A stretch of 64,000 nucleotides of DNA from a virus (taxonomy: Duplodnaviria > Caudoviricetes): positions 1 to 64,000 of IMG/VR virus record IMGVR_UViG_3300009031_000221; one strand, 5' to 3'. Positions 1 through 8,236 of this stretch are shown here, in pieces (the stretch's first letter is position 1; each line of letters begins with the position of its first letter). The notes under the pieces are model-generated. The model was not told where the DNA came from and searched no databases. It saw nothing but the letters and a program-made list of their open reading frames with translations. The position numbers and the translations under genes were made by a program.

Positions 1-321
1 AGGACGAAGTTCCAACGTTGGTAAATCCACCGCAGGAACAGAATGTGTTTTGTCCAAGGTTGTCAAAACAGGCAACCCCTTCTTGGTTTCCGCAATTCGG
101 ATGAGTGGGCATTTCATACACTTCTCGGCATCCATCTTGGTTAGCCCACACACACGTTTCCACACGAGGAAACGTTGGTACTCGGACTCTTGGATATGCC
201 CTTGAGCCCTAAGTTCCTCAGGACTCAAGGGGCCACTAGCACCAAATGGTGGGAATGAACGCCAATGGGCGCAAGCATAAATAATGGGCTGATCGTTTGC
301 CGTGGTCACTAGGGGTTTCAT
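1..321 (-). CDS. Hypothetical protein, 3'-truncated by the window edge (MKPLVTTANDQPIIYACAHW...)
   Basis: Manual translation: ATG at 321 with upstream GGAG, open to position 1 (107 codons); not in the supplied ORF track; same strand as and downstream of the polymerase gene. Confidence 0.6.
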   Translation of the reverse strand, partial: MKPLVTTANDQPIIYACAHWRSFPPFGASGPLSPEELRAQGHIQESEYQRFLVWKRVCGLTKMDAEKCMKCPLIRIAETKKGLPVLTTLDKTHSVPAVDLPTLELRP

Positions 322-375
322 CGTGGTTCAACTCCATCAGATTCCCCTTATTGTACCGTTATTGCCCGTGACAGA

Positions 376-3366
376 TCACAGCTTACGCATCTTAGCTGCA
401 GCATCGAAATCCCGGTGGCTAACCAGAATTGGACCCTTGATCCCCATCGCAGACAATTGCGAATCAAAATCAAGGAATACGCCGTCCCTGGTCTTGACCT
501 TCAACGGTGTCATGCCCGTACCACGACATGCCAAAATCGCCGCAGCCAATTTGGAAGCGCTATCTGCCGTCAAAGGGACAGTCAAATGGTATTCCCAATT
601 TGCCCCATTTGTCGCTGGGGAATCCACCTGTTGAACCCGCTGCATTGTTCCGAGAGCAAAGGGTTCCGCTGGCGGCTCCTTGACGGAAATGGTTTCCACA
701 ACCATGGTAGGGTGATCACTGGGCTGCATTGCAACCGTAGCTAGAGGCGTGGCAGGTTGTTCCCCACGTGCCGCATAGAACCATTTCGTCAATTCCTCCG
801 GCCATGATGGCAATGAATCGAAATCCACACCTTCAGGGCACTTCGATGGGTCTTTGATCTTCTTGTTGCCGAGGAACCGAACTTCCTTGTAGGTCATCCC
901 ATTGATGTCCCACGCTACCGTCCAGTCCGGTCCAATTTCCACGTCGCAAGTCAATGGGATAATCCAGTTCTTACCCAAGATGGCATTGTTGGACGCCATA
1001 ATGTTGACCAACAGCGGGAGCACCTCTTCCAAGATATCGGCATCGATCTCGAATACCAATTCGTCGTGCATTGATGCAACCATCATGCACTTATCCAACC
1101 AGCCCCGCTTCTTCATTTCCTTGTGGATCAAGGTCATTGCGATCTTGCAAATATCAGCACCGGAACCCTGAATAGGGCCGTTCACTGCGTTGCGTTCCGC
1201 CTTGGACTTGAAGAAACCGTCCTGGCTATTGATATCCGGCAAGGGATACTTGCGACCAAATGCAGTACGGACAAACCCATGCTTACGGGCAAATGCGTGG
1301 GTTTTATCCCACCAAGCCCGCAAACCAGAATATGTCTTGTCGAAGGTGTTCTTAATCCGCCAACCTTCGTTCTTTTCGCATCCCGTCGCACGGCAAACCG
1401 CCTGACCACCACCACCGTAGCAAAGACCGAAGTTTACGCCCTTCGCATGGCCACGCAGCACCTTCCATTCAGGACGATTCGGCGCATCCGCACCATAAAC
1501 CTCCATCGCAGTCAAGGTGTGCAAGTCCCCAATCTTATCGGAAGCACAGTTGGGGCAACGATGGGGCGGAGGTGCCGGTGTCGCTGTCGCCGCAAACCCC
1601 TCCAACTGAGGACGAGGTTGTTGGCTGAAGGTACGCCCGCATCCCGAACAACGAAAGAATTCCGTCAGCCACTTGGGCTCCCGGCTGAGGTTCGTAACCA
1701 GACGAAGTTCCTCACCGGAAAAGTCGATTGCCGCAATGTACTTCGGGGGTTGCCCCGCCTCAGTCGGTCGGGCAGTAACTACTTCACGAATACGCCGCAT
1801 ACATTCAGGACGCGGATTCTTAGGATCAAAAGCGGTTGAAGGAATCGCTTGGAAATTGATGAGGGGCCAACCACGCAAGCGTGACCGCCCGCCGTCCTTC
1901 GCCGATGTCGCGTACCGTCCCGTATCAACCTTGTGCCCGTTGAAGGCAATCCGCATCAATCCGCCATTCGGATCAATGCCCCCCGTTGTATCCACATCCC
2001 AAATCATTGGGTACAGATACGTCGAAAGGGCTTTATTGACCTCACGGAATCTTTTGATCTTATTCATGAACGGGAATTGTTCGCCAGCTTCTTCGATGAC
2101 GCGATCCAATTCGTCTTTGCTGGTCTTGACTTGTCCCGATTTCTCTGTGTGCTTGAGATTGGGTACTTCCATTTCATCGAACATGACGCCCAACTGCATA
2201 GGAGCGTTCACGTCATAGACTGCGGGCCACTTCTTGTTCTCCCGTCCAATAATGGTCGCACCCTTGTCTGCATAGACGCCCTTAGCACGGCGCTCCGCAA
2301 CATTCAACTGATCTGGGATCAGGTTGAGCGTGTCATCATCGACAAAGATATCCTGAAGCACCTTGTAAATGCCAGGCATTACATCGCGCCCAAGGATCCT
2401 CGATGCCGTCTCATAGACCTCCATGATAGAGGCGAACCATTCCTTGTGCCCAAGGATGATGAGTTCCTTGATACGGTCCATGTTCACATGGATACGATTG
2501 CGTTCCATCCACCGGCAAGCCGTTACAGCGCCCTTCTCGACCGTGTAGATGGCCTTCTGCGTCCCACCATCGGAATCCGGGTCAAGGACAGGAGGTGCCA
2601 ATACCGGGTAAAGAAGCCAAGTGCAAATTACGTCACCACACGCATAGTAGAGCGTGGTTTCATCGGAAGGGTCCAACGTGGTGAAGTCATAGCTAAAGTT
2701 AGCGTCTTCCTTGTCATGCCCGAATACCTCGTACAGGTGGATCATCTCCATCCCAATACCAGGGCCTCCACAAGGAGTATTTGCCCACGCCTCCTTCGGA
2801 ATATCCCTAGGAGTTGCCGCCAAATCCTTCAAACGCTTATTGCGTGCTCGTGCATTCCGCAGGTAGCATAGGATCATGGTGTCATCCCATGAACTTGGCT
2901 TCTCCCATTCACCCCAAGGAACTCCCGTCCCGTTGAATTGCAAGAATTCCTGGTCAAATTTACCATTGTGGAAAACGGCAATGGTCTTACCGGTGTCCGT
3001 AGCTTCCGTCAACCGGAGAAATTCCTCCGCAAATGCCTGAATAGGTACATTGCATTCATAGGGAACGCGGGTGCCGTCCATCTTGACTTTGGAATGGCGA
3101 AGTGGGATGTAATAGCCCGTTTCACCATCCGCACATAGACCTACGCCCGCGATTTGGTCATACGTGCCCTGATTACCACTAGGCAGGGTGTAAACCCGGT
3201 TATCCACACCGGAGGTTTCCAAGTCACATGCGTACCTACCGGAAGCGATGCATGCGTCGATGATGCTTGGCAGGTTTTCCACGGTGCCCAGGATGAACTT
3301 CTTCTGGTCCATCCATGGTTTCTTCTTGCCCTCTCGGGCCTCATTGAGCATATCACCGAAATCCAT
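376..3366 (-). CDS. polA: DNA polymerase, family A (3'-5' exonuclease plus polymerase), with Cys4 insertion and C-terminal extension
   Basis: ExoI ACDLETSG, ExoII FHNGKFD, ExoIII YACGD; motif A IDFSGEELR, motif B RGHAKGVNFGLCYG, ERNAVNGPIQGSGADI, motif C MHDELVFE. Confidence 0.96.
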   Translation of the reverse strand: MDFGDMLNEAREGKKKPWMDQKKFILGTVENLPSIIDACIASGRYACDLETSGVDNRVYTLPSGNQGTYDQIAGVGLCADGETGYYIPLRHSKVKMDGTRVPYECNVPIQAFAEEFLRLTEATDTGKTIAVFHNGKFDQEFLQFNGTGVPWGEWEKPSSWDDTMILCYLRNARARNKRLKDLAATPRDIPKEAWANTPCGGPGIGMEMIHLYEVFGHDKEDANFSYDFTTLDPSDETTLYYACGDVICTWLLYPVLAPPVLDPDSDGGTQKAIYTVEKGAVTACRWMERNRIHVNMDRIKELIILGHKEWFASIMEVYETASRILGRDVMPGIYKVLQDIFVDDDTLNLIPDQLNVAERRAKGVYADKGATIIGRENKKWPAVYDVNAPMQLGVMFDEMEVPNLKHTEKSGQVKTSKDELDRVIEEAGEQFPFMNKIKRFREVNKALSTYLYPMIWDVDTTGGIDPNGGLMRIAFNGHKVDTGRYATSAKDGGRSRLRGWPLINFQAIPSTAFDPKNPRPECMRRIREVVTARPTEAGQPPKYIAAIDFSGEELRLVTNLSREPKWLTEFFRCSGCGRTFSQQPRPQLEGFAATATPAPPPHRCPNCASDKIGDLHTLTAMEVYGADAPNRPEWKVLRGHAKGVNFGLCYGGGGQAVCRATGCEKNEGWRIKNTFDKTYSGLRAWWDKTHAFARKHGFVRTAFGRKYPLPDINSQDGFFKSKAERNAVNGPIQGSGADICKIAMTLIHKEMKKRGWLDKCMMVASMHDELVFEIDADILEEVLPLLVNIMASNNAILGKNWIIPLTCDVEIGPDWTVAWDINGMTYKEVRFLGNKKIKDPSKCPEGVDFDSLPSWPEELTKWFYAARGEQPATPLATVAMQPSDHPTMVVETISVKEPPAEPFALGTMQRVQQVDSPATNGANWEYHLTVPLTADSASKLAAAILACRGTGMTPLKVKTRDGVFLDFDSQLSAMGIKGPILVSHRDFDAAAKMRKL

Positions 3367-3692
3367 TATTTACCTTCCTTGATAGAAGCCGTTGCCGCAT
3401 TCATCGTGGATTCCCCCTTGTCCTGGAGGTAATCAAACAGCTTCTTGTGCTGTGCGATGTAGGATGGGATGTCCTTAGGATTTTTCGCAGCAGCCTTCGC
3501 ATAGGGCTGAAGCACCAATGTAGCCGCCAATGATGCTGCTACTCGGGATCCAAACCCGCCAATTTGGCGATAGGTAACGTAATGCAATCCCGCTTCATTC
3601 CGTTCATCCGATTCGAGTTGTGCAAACATTCCTGAAAGAATGTCCGCTGTCTTTGGGTCCATACCGTCAATCATTAGATACCTCCATACCAT
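3366..3692 (-). CDS. Hypothetical protein
   Basis: 108-aa ORF whose stop overlaps the polymerase start codon; packed in the minus-strand operon. Confidence 0.65.
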   Translation of the reverse strand: MVWRYLMIDGMDPKTADILSGMFAQLESDERNEAGLHYVTYRQIGGFGSRVAASLAATLVLQPYAKAAAKNPKDIPSYIAQHKKLFDYLQDKGESTMNAATASIKEGK

Positions 3693-3700
3693 CTACCCCG

Positions 3701-4132
3701 TTAGAAGCTAAACTCAACCCCTTCAACAACGACGACATATCTCCCCGAACGCCATGCCATTGCAATTTGCGTGACCATTTCCCGGGCATCTACGGGAACC
3801 CCCGCAGGAACAAAACAATCCGGCAATTTCGGCCCCGGGTGACAATGATTCTTATTGTGCATCAAGCAATCCTTGAATACTACACAATCACGATATATCC
3901 CTGGAACTTTCTTGAGCAATGCGTAGGGAGGAGGGCCGATTAATCGCATCATCGGTGTCGCATACCCGTGCAAAGCATGTGACATAATATCTCCTGGGAT
4001 GATCGGGATGAGATCCCCCCAAGGTGTCCCTCGAACAGGTGCAAGACATCCCCAAGGGTCGTCCCCTACAGGAATAGGTCGGGCTAGCAGAACCCGTCCC
4101 CATTCCGACGTGTCCAAGGCAAATTCAAGCAT
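3701..4132 (-). CDS. Hypothetical protein with a Cys cluster (CVVFKDC...HCHPGPKLPDC)
   Basis: 143-aa ORF with short intergenic gaps in the operon; no family recognised. Confidence 0.7.
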   Translation of the reverse strand: MLEFALDTSEWGRVLLARPIPVGDDPWGCLAPVRGTPWGDLIPIIPGDIMSHALHGYATPMMRLIGPPPYALLKKVPGIYRDCVVFKDCLMHNKNHCHPGPKLPDCFVPAGVPVDAREMVTQIAMAWRSGRYVVVVEGVEFSF

Positions 4133-4140
4133 GATAGTTC

Positions 4141-4596
4141 TCAGGGTTTGATGGATTTGAAGAACCGGCTGACGCCGCCTACATCATGATACCCCCGAGG
4201 CCCTCGGTTGCCCTGAATTGATCCCCACCCCTCAGTGTGCAATGATTCTGTATCGCAAGACTTGCCCGTCCACGAAGGCGGGCGATCCCCTGATTGATTA
4301 TCCAACCCTTTGACAGGACATCCTAATTCACAAACTAAGCTGCACCCTCGCAAATGTTGAAGGATCATATTCGAAGGGAATCTCCCAGCCGGGGCTTCCC
4401 CGGTCGATTGAACATTCCCTTTCGTTTGTCCCCCCGGTTCTTTCTTCCCTGGGACATAGCTGCGGGAAGAAGGCCATGAATCAACACTTGTGCCAATACG
4501 ACTAGCCTCGATATCCAACCCGCCCGTGCCCCACTTGAGTACCGTAGAAGCAACTGTCCCATCCAAAGGTTTGCGAGCTACGATAATCGTGATCAC
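4141..4596 (-). CDS. Free-standing methyltransferase variable-region module M1
   Basis: IVARKPLDGTVA...GTGGLDIEASRIG...GRFPSN...CELGCPV...GGVSRFFK; GTG start overlaps the TGA of the upstream gene (GTGA). Confidence 0.85.
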   Translation of the reverse strand: MITIIVARKPLDGTVASTVLKWGTGGLDIEASRIGTSVDSWPSSRSYVPGKKEPGGQTKGNVQSTGEAPAGRFPSNMILQHLRGCSLVCELGCPVKGLDNQSGDRPPSWTGKSCDTESLHTEGWGSIQGNRGPRGYHDVGGVSRFFKSIKP

Positions 4597-5201
4597 GTTG
4601 TAAACCCTTCCCGCAAACTCGTCATCAATCGATCACACAGTTTCAATACTGATTGACGTGCCACATATTCTGGCATGCTGCTATCCGCTACATGGTACGC
4701 CAGTTTGTCATAGGCTTCCCAGTACGCCAGCACCGTATCCATCGGCATCAATCGATCCTCAGTAATACTGGACAAGGATGCTAGGAATTGTTTGCTGTCA
4801 TCCGCAAATGTCCGATTCGGCAATAGCCGTGCCTTGACTTCATCCTGAGTTGTGGTATCCGGTCCATGATAGGCATCATCGTCATCCTCCCAAGGCATGC
4901 TAGGGAGGTTGTATTTTTGCTCTAGGAAGGCCATAGCTTCCATGAAGCCGATTCCTTCCTTGGCACGTACCGTTTCAATAGGATCCCGAATCTTGTCGCA
5001 CGCAAAGCAGTAGAACGAATTTGATTCCGGGTACATACGAGCCGAGGGCTTGCCGTCTTGCCCGTCCCCGTGAAGGTCACATGGGAACTGTTGTTCCTGA
5101 TACGAACCGCCAAGATGCACACGATAGCCATAGTCCGCCAGGACTTGTGCGATGTGAATCTTTTCCTTGATGCGTTCAACGCGACGATGTGTTCTACTCA
5201 T
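4593..5201 (-). CDS. CHC2 zinc-finger protein (DnaG zinc-binding domain without TOPRIM domain)
   Basis: FPCDLHGD...KPSARMY...FYCFACD...DPIETVR..EGIGFMEAMAFL matches the primase CHC2 domain; the rest is a short helical tail. Confidence 0.85.
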   Translation of the reverse strand: MSRTHRRVERIKEKIHIAQVLADYGYRVHLGGSYQEQQFPCDLHGDGQDGKPSARMYPESNSFYCFACDKIRDPIETVRAKEGIGFMEAMAFLEQKYNLPSMPWEDDDDAYHGPDTTTQDEVKARLLPNRTFADDSKQFLASLSSITEDRLMPMDTVLAYWEAYDKLAYHVADSSMPEYVARQSVLKLCDRLMTSLREGFTT

Positions 5202-5213
5202 GATTGTTCTACC

Positions 5214-5660
5214 CTATGAGAGTGTCTTGAAGAAACGGGATGCGCCGCCTGTGTCCCCGCGAATGAATGGGGCAGATGGTTTCCTGTTAAATGACGGGAT
5301 CACTTCCCTACCGGACTTCCTGTTGTCCGTTGCCCCGCCACCACTCATGCCAGGACGTTCCCCCGATTGCCTATCCAAACCTGCAGCCGCTTCCAAGGTT
5401 AGAATCATGTTCGTAGGGAATCTACCGATATCACTAGGGGCGTATTCCGCATCCGTCTGGTCATAAGCGCTATCTCGATACCCTAGCTTGCTAGCCTTGG
5501 CATTGAGGCTGGCCCAACCCGGCGCCTTCGTTGGTTGAGGCTTGTCCCCTAGAAATTCAATTCGAGAAGCATCGATATTGATTCCACCCGTCCCGTGCAA
5601 CAACACGTTATGAGCGACTGTCCCATCAATAGGTTTGCGGGCTACGGTGATAGTAATCAT
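5214..5660 (-). CDS. Free-standing methyltransferase variable-region module M2
   Basis: MITITVARKPIDGTVA...GTGGINIDASRI...GRFPTN...GGASRFFK. Start reassigned from 5780 to the ATG at 5660, which overlaps the M3 stop (ATGA). Confidence 0.85.
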   Translation of the reverse strand: MITITVARKPIDGTVAHNVLLHGTGGINIDASRIEFLGDKPQPTKAPGWASLNAKASKLGYRDSAYDQTDAEYAPSDIGRFPTNMILTLEAAAGLDRQSGERPGMSGGGATDNRKSGREVIPSFNRKPSAPFIRGDTGGASRFFKTLS

Positions 5661-6088
5661 TTGACCTGTTTGAAGTACCGACTCGCACCACCTGGAGATT
5701 CTGTGACCGTCTTCCACGTATCGTAAGGCGTGTCCTTGGCATTCCCGAAAGGATGCGCTGTATCCTTCTGTCGATTCCATGACCCCGTGGCTACAACGCC
5801 CGACTGTGCGTCAATGGCAGCTACAGGGCATCCTTCTTCACACTCCCACGATTCCGTCCGGTGCTGGAGGATCAGGTTCGCAGGCCACCTTCCCGCATCG
5901 GAACCATTGACATGTGGCGTCGTCCCCATCCGCCAACCATCCCCATTGGTTCCCTCGTTGCTATTACGGAGAGTGCTTTCATGCCCAATGCGGCTAGCGT
6001 CAATATTGATTCCGCCAGTGCCATACTTGATGGAATTGGAAGCTACCGTTCCATCCAAAGGCTTACGGGCTATGGTGATATTGATCAC
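5657..6088 (-). CDS. Free-standing methyltransferase variable-region module M3
   Basis: ITIARKPLDGTVA...GTGGINIDASRIG...GRWPANLILQH...WECEEGCPV...GGASRYFK; GTGA overlap with M4. Confidence 0.85.
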   Translation of the reverse strand: MINITIARKPLDGTVASNSIKYGTGGINIDASRIGHESTLRNSNEGTNGDGWRMGTTPHVNGSDAGRWPANLILQHRTESWECEEGCPVAAIDAQSGVVATGSWNRQKDTAHPFGNAKDTPYDTWKTVTESPGGASRYFKQVK

Positions 6089-6543
6089 TTGAGCACCTTG
6101 AAATACCGAGAAGCCTCATGAATATTCAATCCCGCTACAGGACAACCTTCTTGGCACGTCCACACTATTTCCTGTGTGTCTGGGGCATGTTTGGATCCCG
6201 TGCCCTTGAGGTACTTGTCATCCCTACCAGGACCAAACCCTACAAAACCTGCAGCTAGCTGTTTACCAGGTGCTTGCCGAACTCCTGATTCCACACATCC
6301 CTGAATGTGTGACATAACCAAGTTTGCAGGCCATCGCCCATTATGGTGACTAGTCACATAATCATTTCCAGCTTGTGACCCGTGGAAACTGGTCATATCC
6401 TTCCCAGGGGTATAACGATTCGTCTGAATCTCTTCGGAACCAATACGGGATGCATCAATATTGATCCCACCGGTACCCCACTTGATGGAGTTAGCAGCTA
6501 CGCTTCCTTCTATTGGCTTTCGGGCGATAGTAACCGTGATCAT
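6085..6543 (-). CDS. Free-standing methyltransferase variable-region module M4
   Basis: VTIARKPIEGSVA...GTGGINIDASRIG...GRWPANLVMSH...WTCQEGCPV...ASRYFK; ATGA overlap with the upstream gene. Confidence 0.85.
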   Translation of the reverse strand: MITVTIARKPIEGSVAANSIKWGTGGINIDASRIGSEEIQTNRYTPGKDMTSFHGSQAGNDYVTSHHNGRWPANLVMSHIQGCVESGVRQAPGKQLAAGFVGFGPGRDDKYLKGTGSKHAPDTQEIVWTCQEGCPVAGLNIHEASRYFKVLK

Positions 6544-6749
6544 GAAGCCCCGGAGCTATTGAACAGCAAACCAATCCGCACAGCTAATGTATCCACGGAC
6601 ATCAATTCCAAGCTGTTAACAGGCAGAATCAATGACGCCAACATTTCCCCGCGTTGAAACCTGACGGTGGCTTCCCCTGCCGCAGACTTTTCCCAACCCA
6701 GGAATTCGGCTCCTACCAACTTGCATGCCGCTTCTACCTTCCATACCAT
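6540..6749 (-). CDS. Small hypothetical protein
   Basis: 69-aa ORF, upstream GGAGGG, stop coupled to the M4 start. Confidence 0.6.
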   Translation of the reverse strand: MVWKVEAACKLVGAEFLGWEKSAAGEATVRFQRGEMLASLILPVNSLELMSVDTLAVRIGLLFNSSGAS

Positions 6750-6761
6750 CTGGCCCTCCGT

Positions 6762-6992
6762 TCACTTCTTCGAGTATCCATCCTTGGCCCAACCGCCGCC
6801 CTGGAAATGGACAGAAGCTGCCTTGCCGGAAAATACCTTCTCTGTATCTCCCCCGCATTCATGACTGCCGTCCATTTCTGGATCGCTTGCCGTATGAATG
6901 ATGACGGTACATGAAGGATTCGGATCGTTCATGCCCTGTGTCCGCTCCTCAATCTGACCACACTTCTTGCATTTGAAATCATATGTCGGCAT
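6762..6992 (-). CDS. FmdB-family zinc-ribbon protein
   Basis: MPTYDFKCKKCG...C...CGGDTEKVFS...FQGGGWAKDGY; likely start ATG 6992, just after the M5 stop. Confidence 0.85.
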   Translation of the reverse strand: MPTYDFKCKKCGQIEERTQGMNDPNPSCTVIIHTASDPEMDGSHECGGDTEKVFSGKAASVHFQGGGWAKDGYSKK

Positions 6993-6993
6993 A

Positions 6994-7626
6994 TCATTCA
7001 CCTTTCAATGTCTTGAAGAACCTGGACGCCCCGCCACCTTTCTCTCCTATAGAACGATCATAGGATAATGGGTTGTCCCTCCGAAACTCAGGGTGCCCAA
7101 ACATACCCCCTCCAGTCTTCTCAGAATTCACGTTTCCTCGAGTATGTAGGAACCCGCTTTGTCCATCGAGTCCTGCTACTGAGCATCCTTCAACGCATTC
7201 CCAGGATTCCACGGTCTCAGTCCCGTCATCATCGGAATACCCACGCTTCGTAGCTTCTGTTGGGCGGAATCTCCACTGCGTCCTATCCTCTCGGTAACCG
7301 TTTCCCTCAGGACGGGTATCCGTCCGGTTGCCCTTTACCTTTGTCAACCCCAGGGAATTGCATCCTGCCAAGTGGGACATAATCATGTTCGCAGGCCATC
7401 TCCCGGCATGGATTTCTACAATATCGTGCCCCGTACGTGCCCAAGTACCACTACGATCTTCCTTTCCTTCAGCCGTTTTAGGATATGGCATTTGATTGCT
7501 ACGGGAAGTCCCCCCGCCATTTCCAATCCGGGAAGCATCAATGTTGATGCCCCCCGAACCCCAATTGAGGGCATTGGTAGCAACTGTACCATCCAGAGGT
7601 TTACGGGCTACCGTAACAACAATCAT
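6994..7626 (-). CDS. Free-standing methyltransferase variable-region module M5
   Basis: MIVVTVARKPLDGTVA...GGINIDASRIG...GRWPANMIMSHLAGC...WECVEGCSV...GGASRFFK; ATG 7626 overlaps the TGA of the DPPY-half gene. Confidence 0.85.
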   Translation of the reverse strand: MIVVTVARKPLDGTVATNALNWGSGGINIDASRIGNGGGTSRSNQMPYPKTAEGKEDRSGTWARTGHDIVEIHAGRWPANMIMSHLAGCNSLGLTKVKGNRTDTRPEGNGYREDRTQWRFRPTEATKRGYSDDDGTETVESWECVEGCSVAGLDGQSGFLHTRGNVNSEKTGGGMFGHPEFRRDNPLSYDRSIGEKGGGASRFFKTLKGE

Positions 7627-8225
7627 AGGGGCTTCCGACCACAAACGAAGGGTTCCCATGCGGGCTTCAAAGCCGTACCGAATCCAGAGAATTGCTGAGC
7701 TTCTTTGGTATCAGGTTCCCATTTATCAGATTCGGTTCGCGATTTAGGGAACTCAGACCAATGAAGACCTTCCCGATCCCGTGACCCATCTCCAGTAACG
7801 GTTGAATCTGAACGCCCCTTCAACATGTGTCCTTCTACAGCTTTAGAAACATTGAGAGATTTGGGGAAGCCCGAACCGTACACCCAGGCCTCCAGACCTA
7901 GGGCTTCAAACCCTACATTCTGCATTGCCATGGCAAGCCGATGCATGGTTCGAGTAGCGGCGAACACCTTGATGATCCCACCGGGCTTCAGGATACGAAG
8001 TGCCTCCCGAAGCCACAACAAGTGGAAGGCCTCATTGGCGTGAATGTCCTCCGTCGAAATGGACTCCTCGTCAGCATCTTCTTCAGGGGCTACATCCCAT
8101 TTTTTACCCATGAATGCGATAAGATACGGAGGATCTGTTACAATATTGCCCACGGAATTATCAGGCAGCGCCTTCATCCTGGCAACACAGTCCCCATGCA
8201 ACAATCGGATGGTTTGATTACGCAT
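7623..8225 (-). CDS. N-terminal (catalytic, motif IV) half of a beta-class N6A/N4C DNA methyltransferase
   Basis: LLHGDC...DNSVGNIVTDPPY...EALRILKPGG...WVYGSGFPKS...GTALKPAWEPFVCGRKPL then stop; no FxGxG SAM-binding motif. Confidence 0.9.
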   Translation of the reverse strand: MRNQTIRLLHGDCVARMKALPDNSVGNIVTDPPYLIAFMGKKWDVAPEEDADEESISTEDIHANEAFHLLWLREALRILKPGGIIKVFAATRTMHRLAMAMQNVGFEALGLEAWVYGSGFPKSLNVSKAVEGHMLKGRSDSTVTGDGSRDREGLHWSEFPKSRTESDKWEPDTKEAQQFSGFGTALKPAWEPFVCGRKPL

Positions 8226-8236
8226 CTAGATACCTC

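Noticed and set aside
349-357. GGTACAATA 9-mer on the minus strand (also near 28017-28025 and 30371-30379) as a sigma70-type -10 element
   Set aside because: Only three copies, one inside coding sequence, variable distance to start codons and no consistent -35.
1546-1650. Polymerase insertion as a mini-intein
   Set aside because: Too short and lacks the terminal Asn and +1 nucleophile.
4141-7626. Modules as pseudogene debris
   Set aside because: All five free modules are intact, share the same start and end boundaries, and begin in stop/start overlaps.
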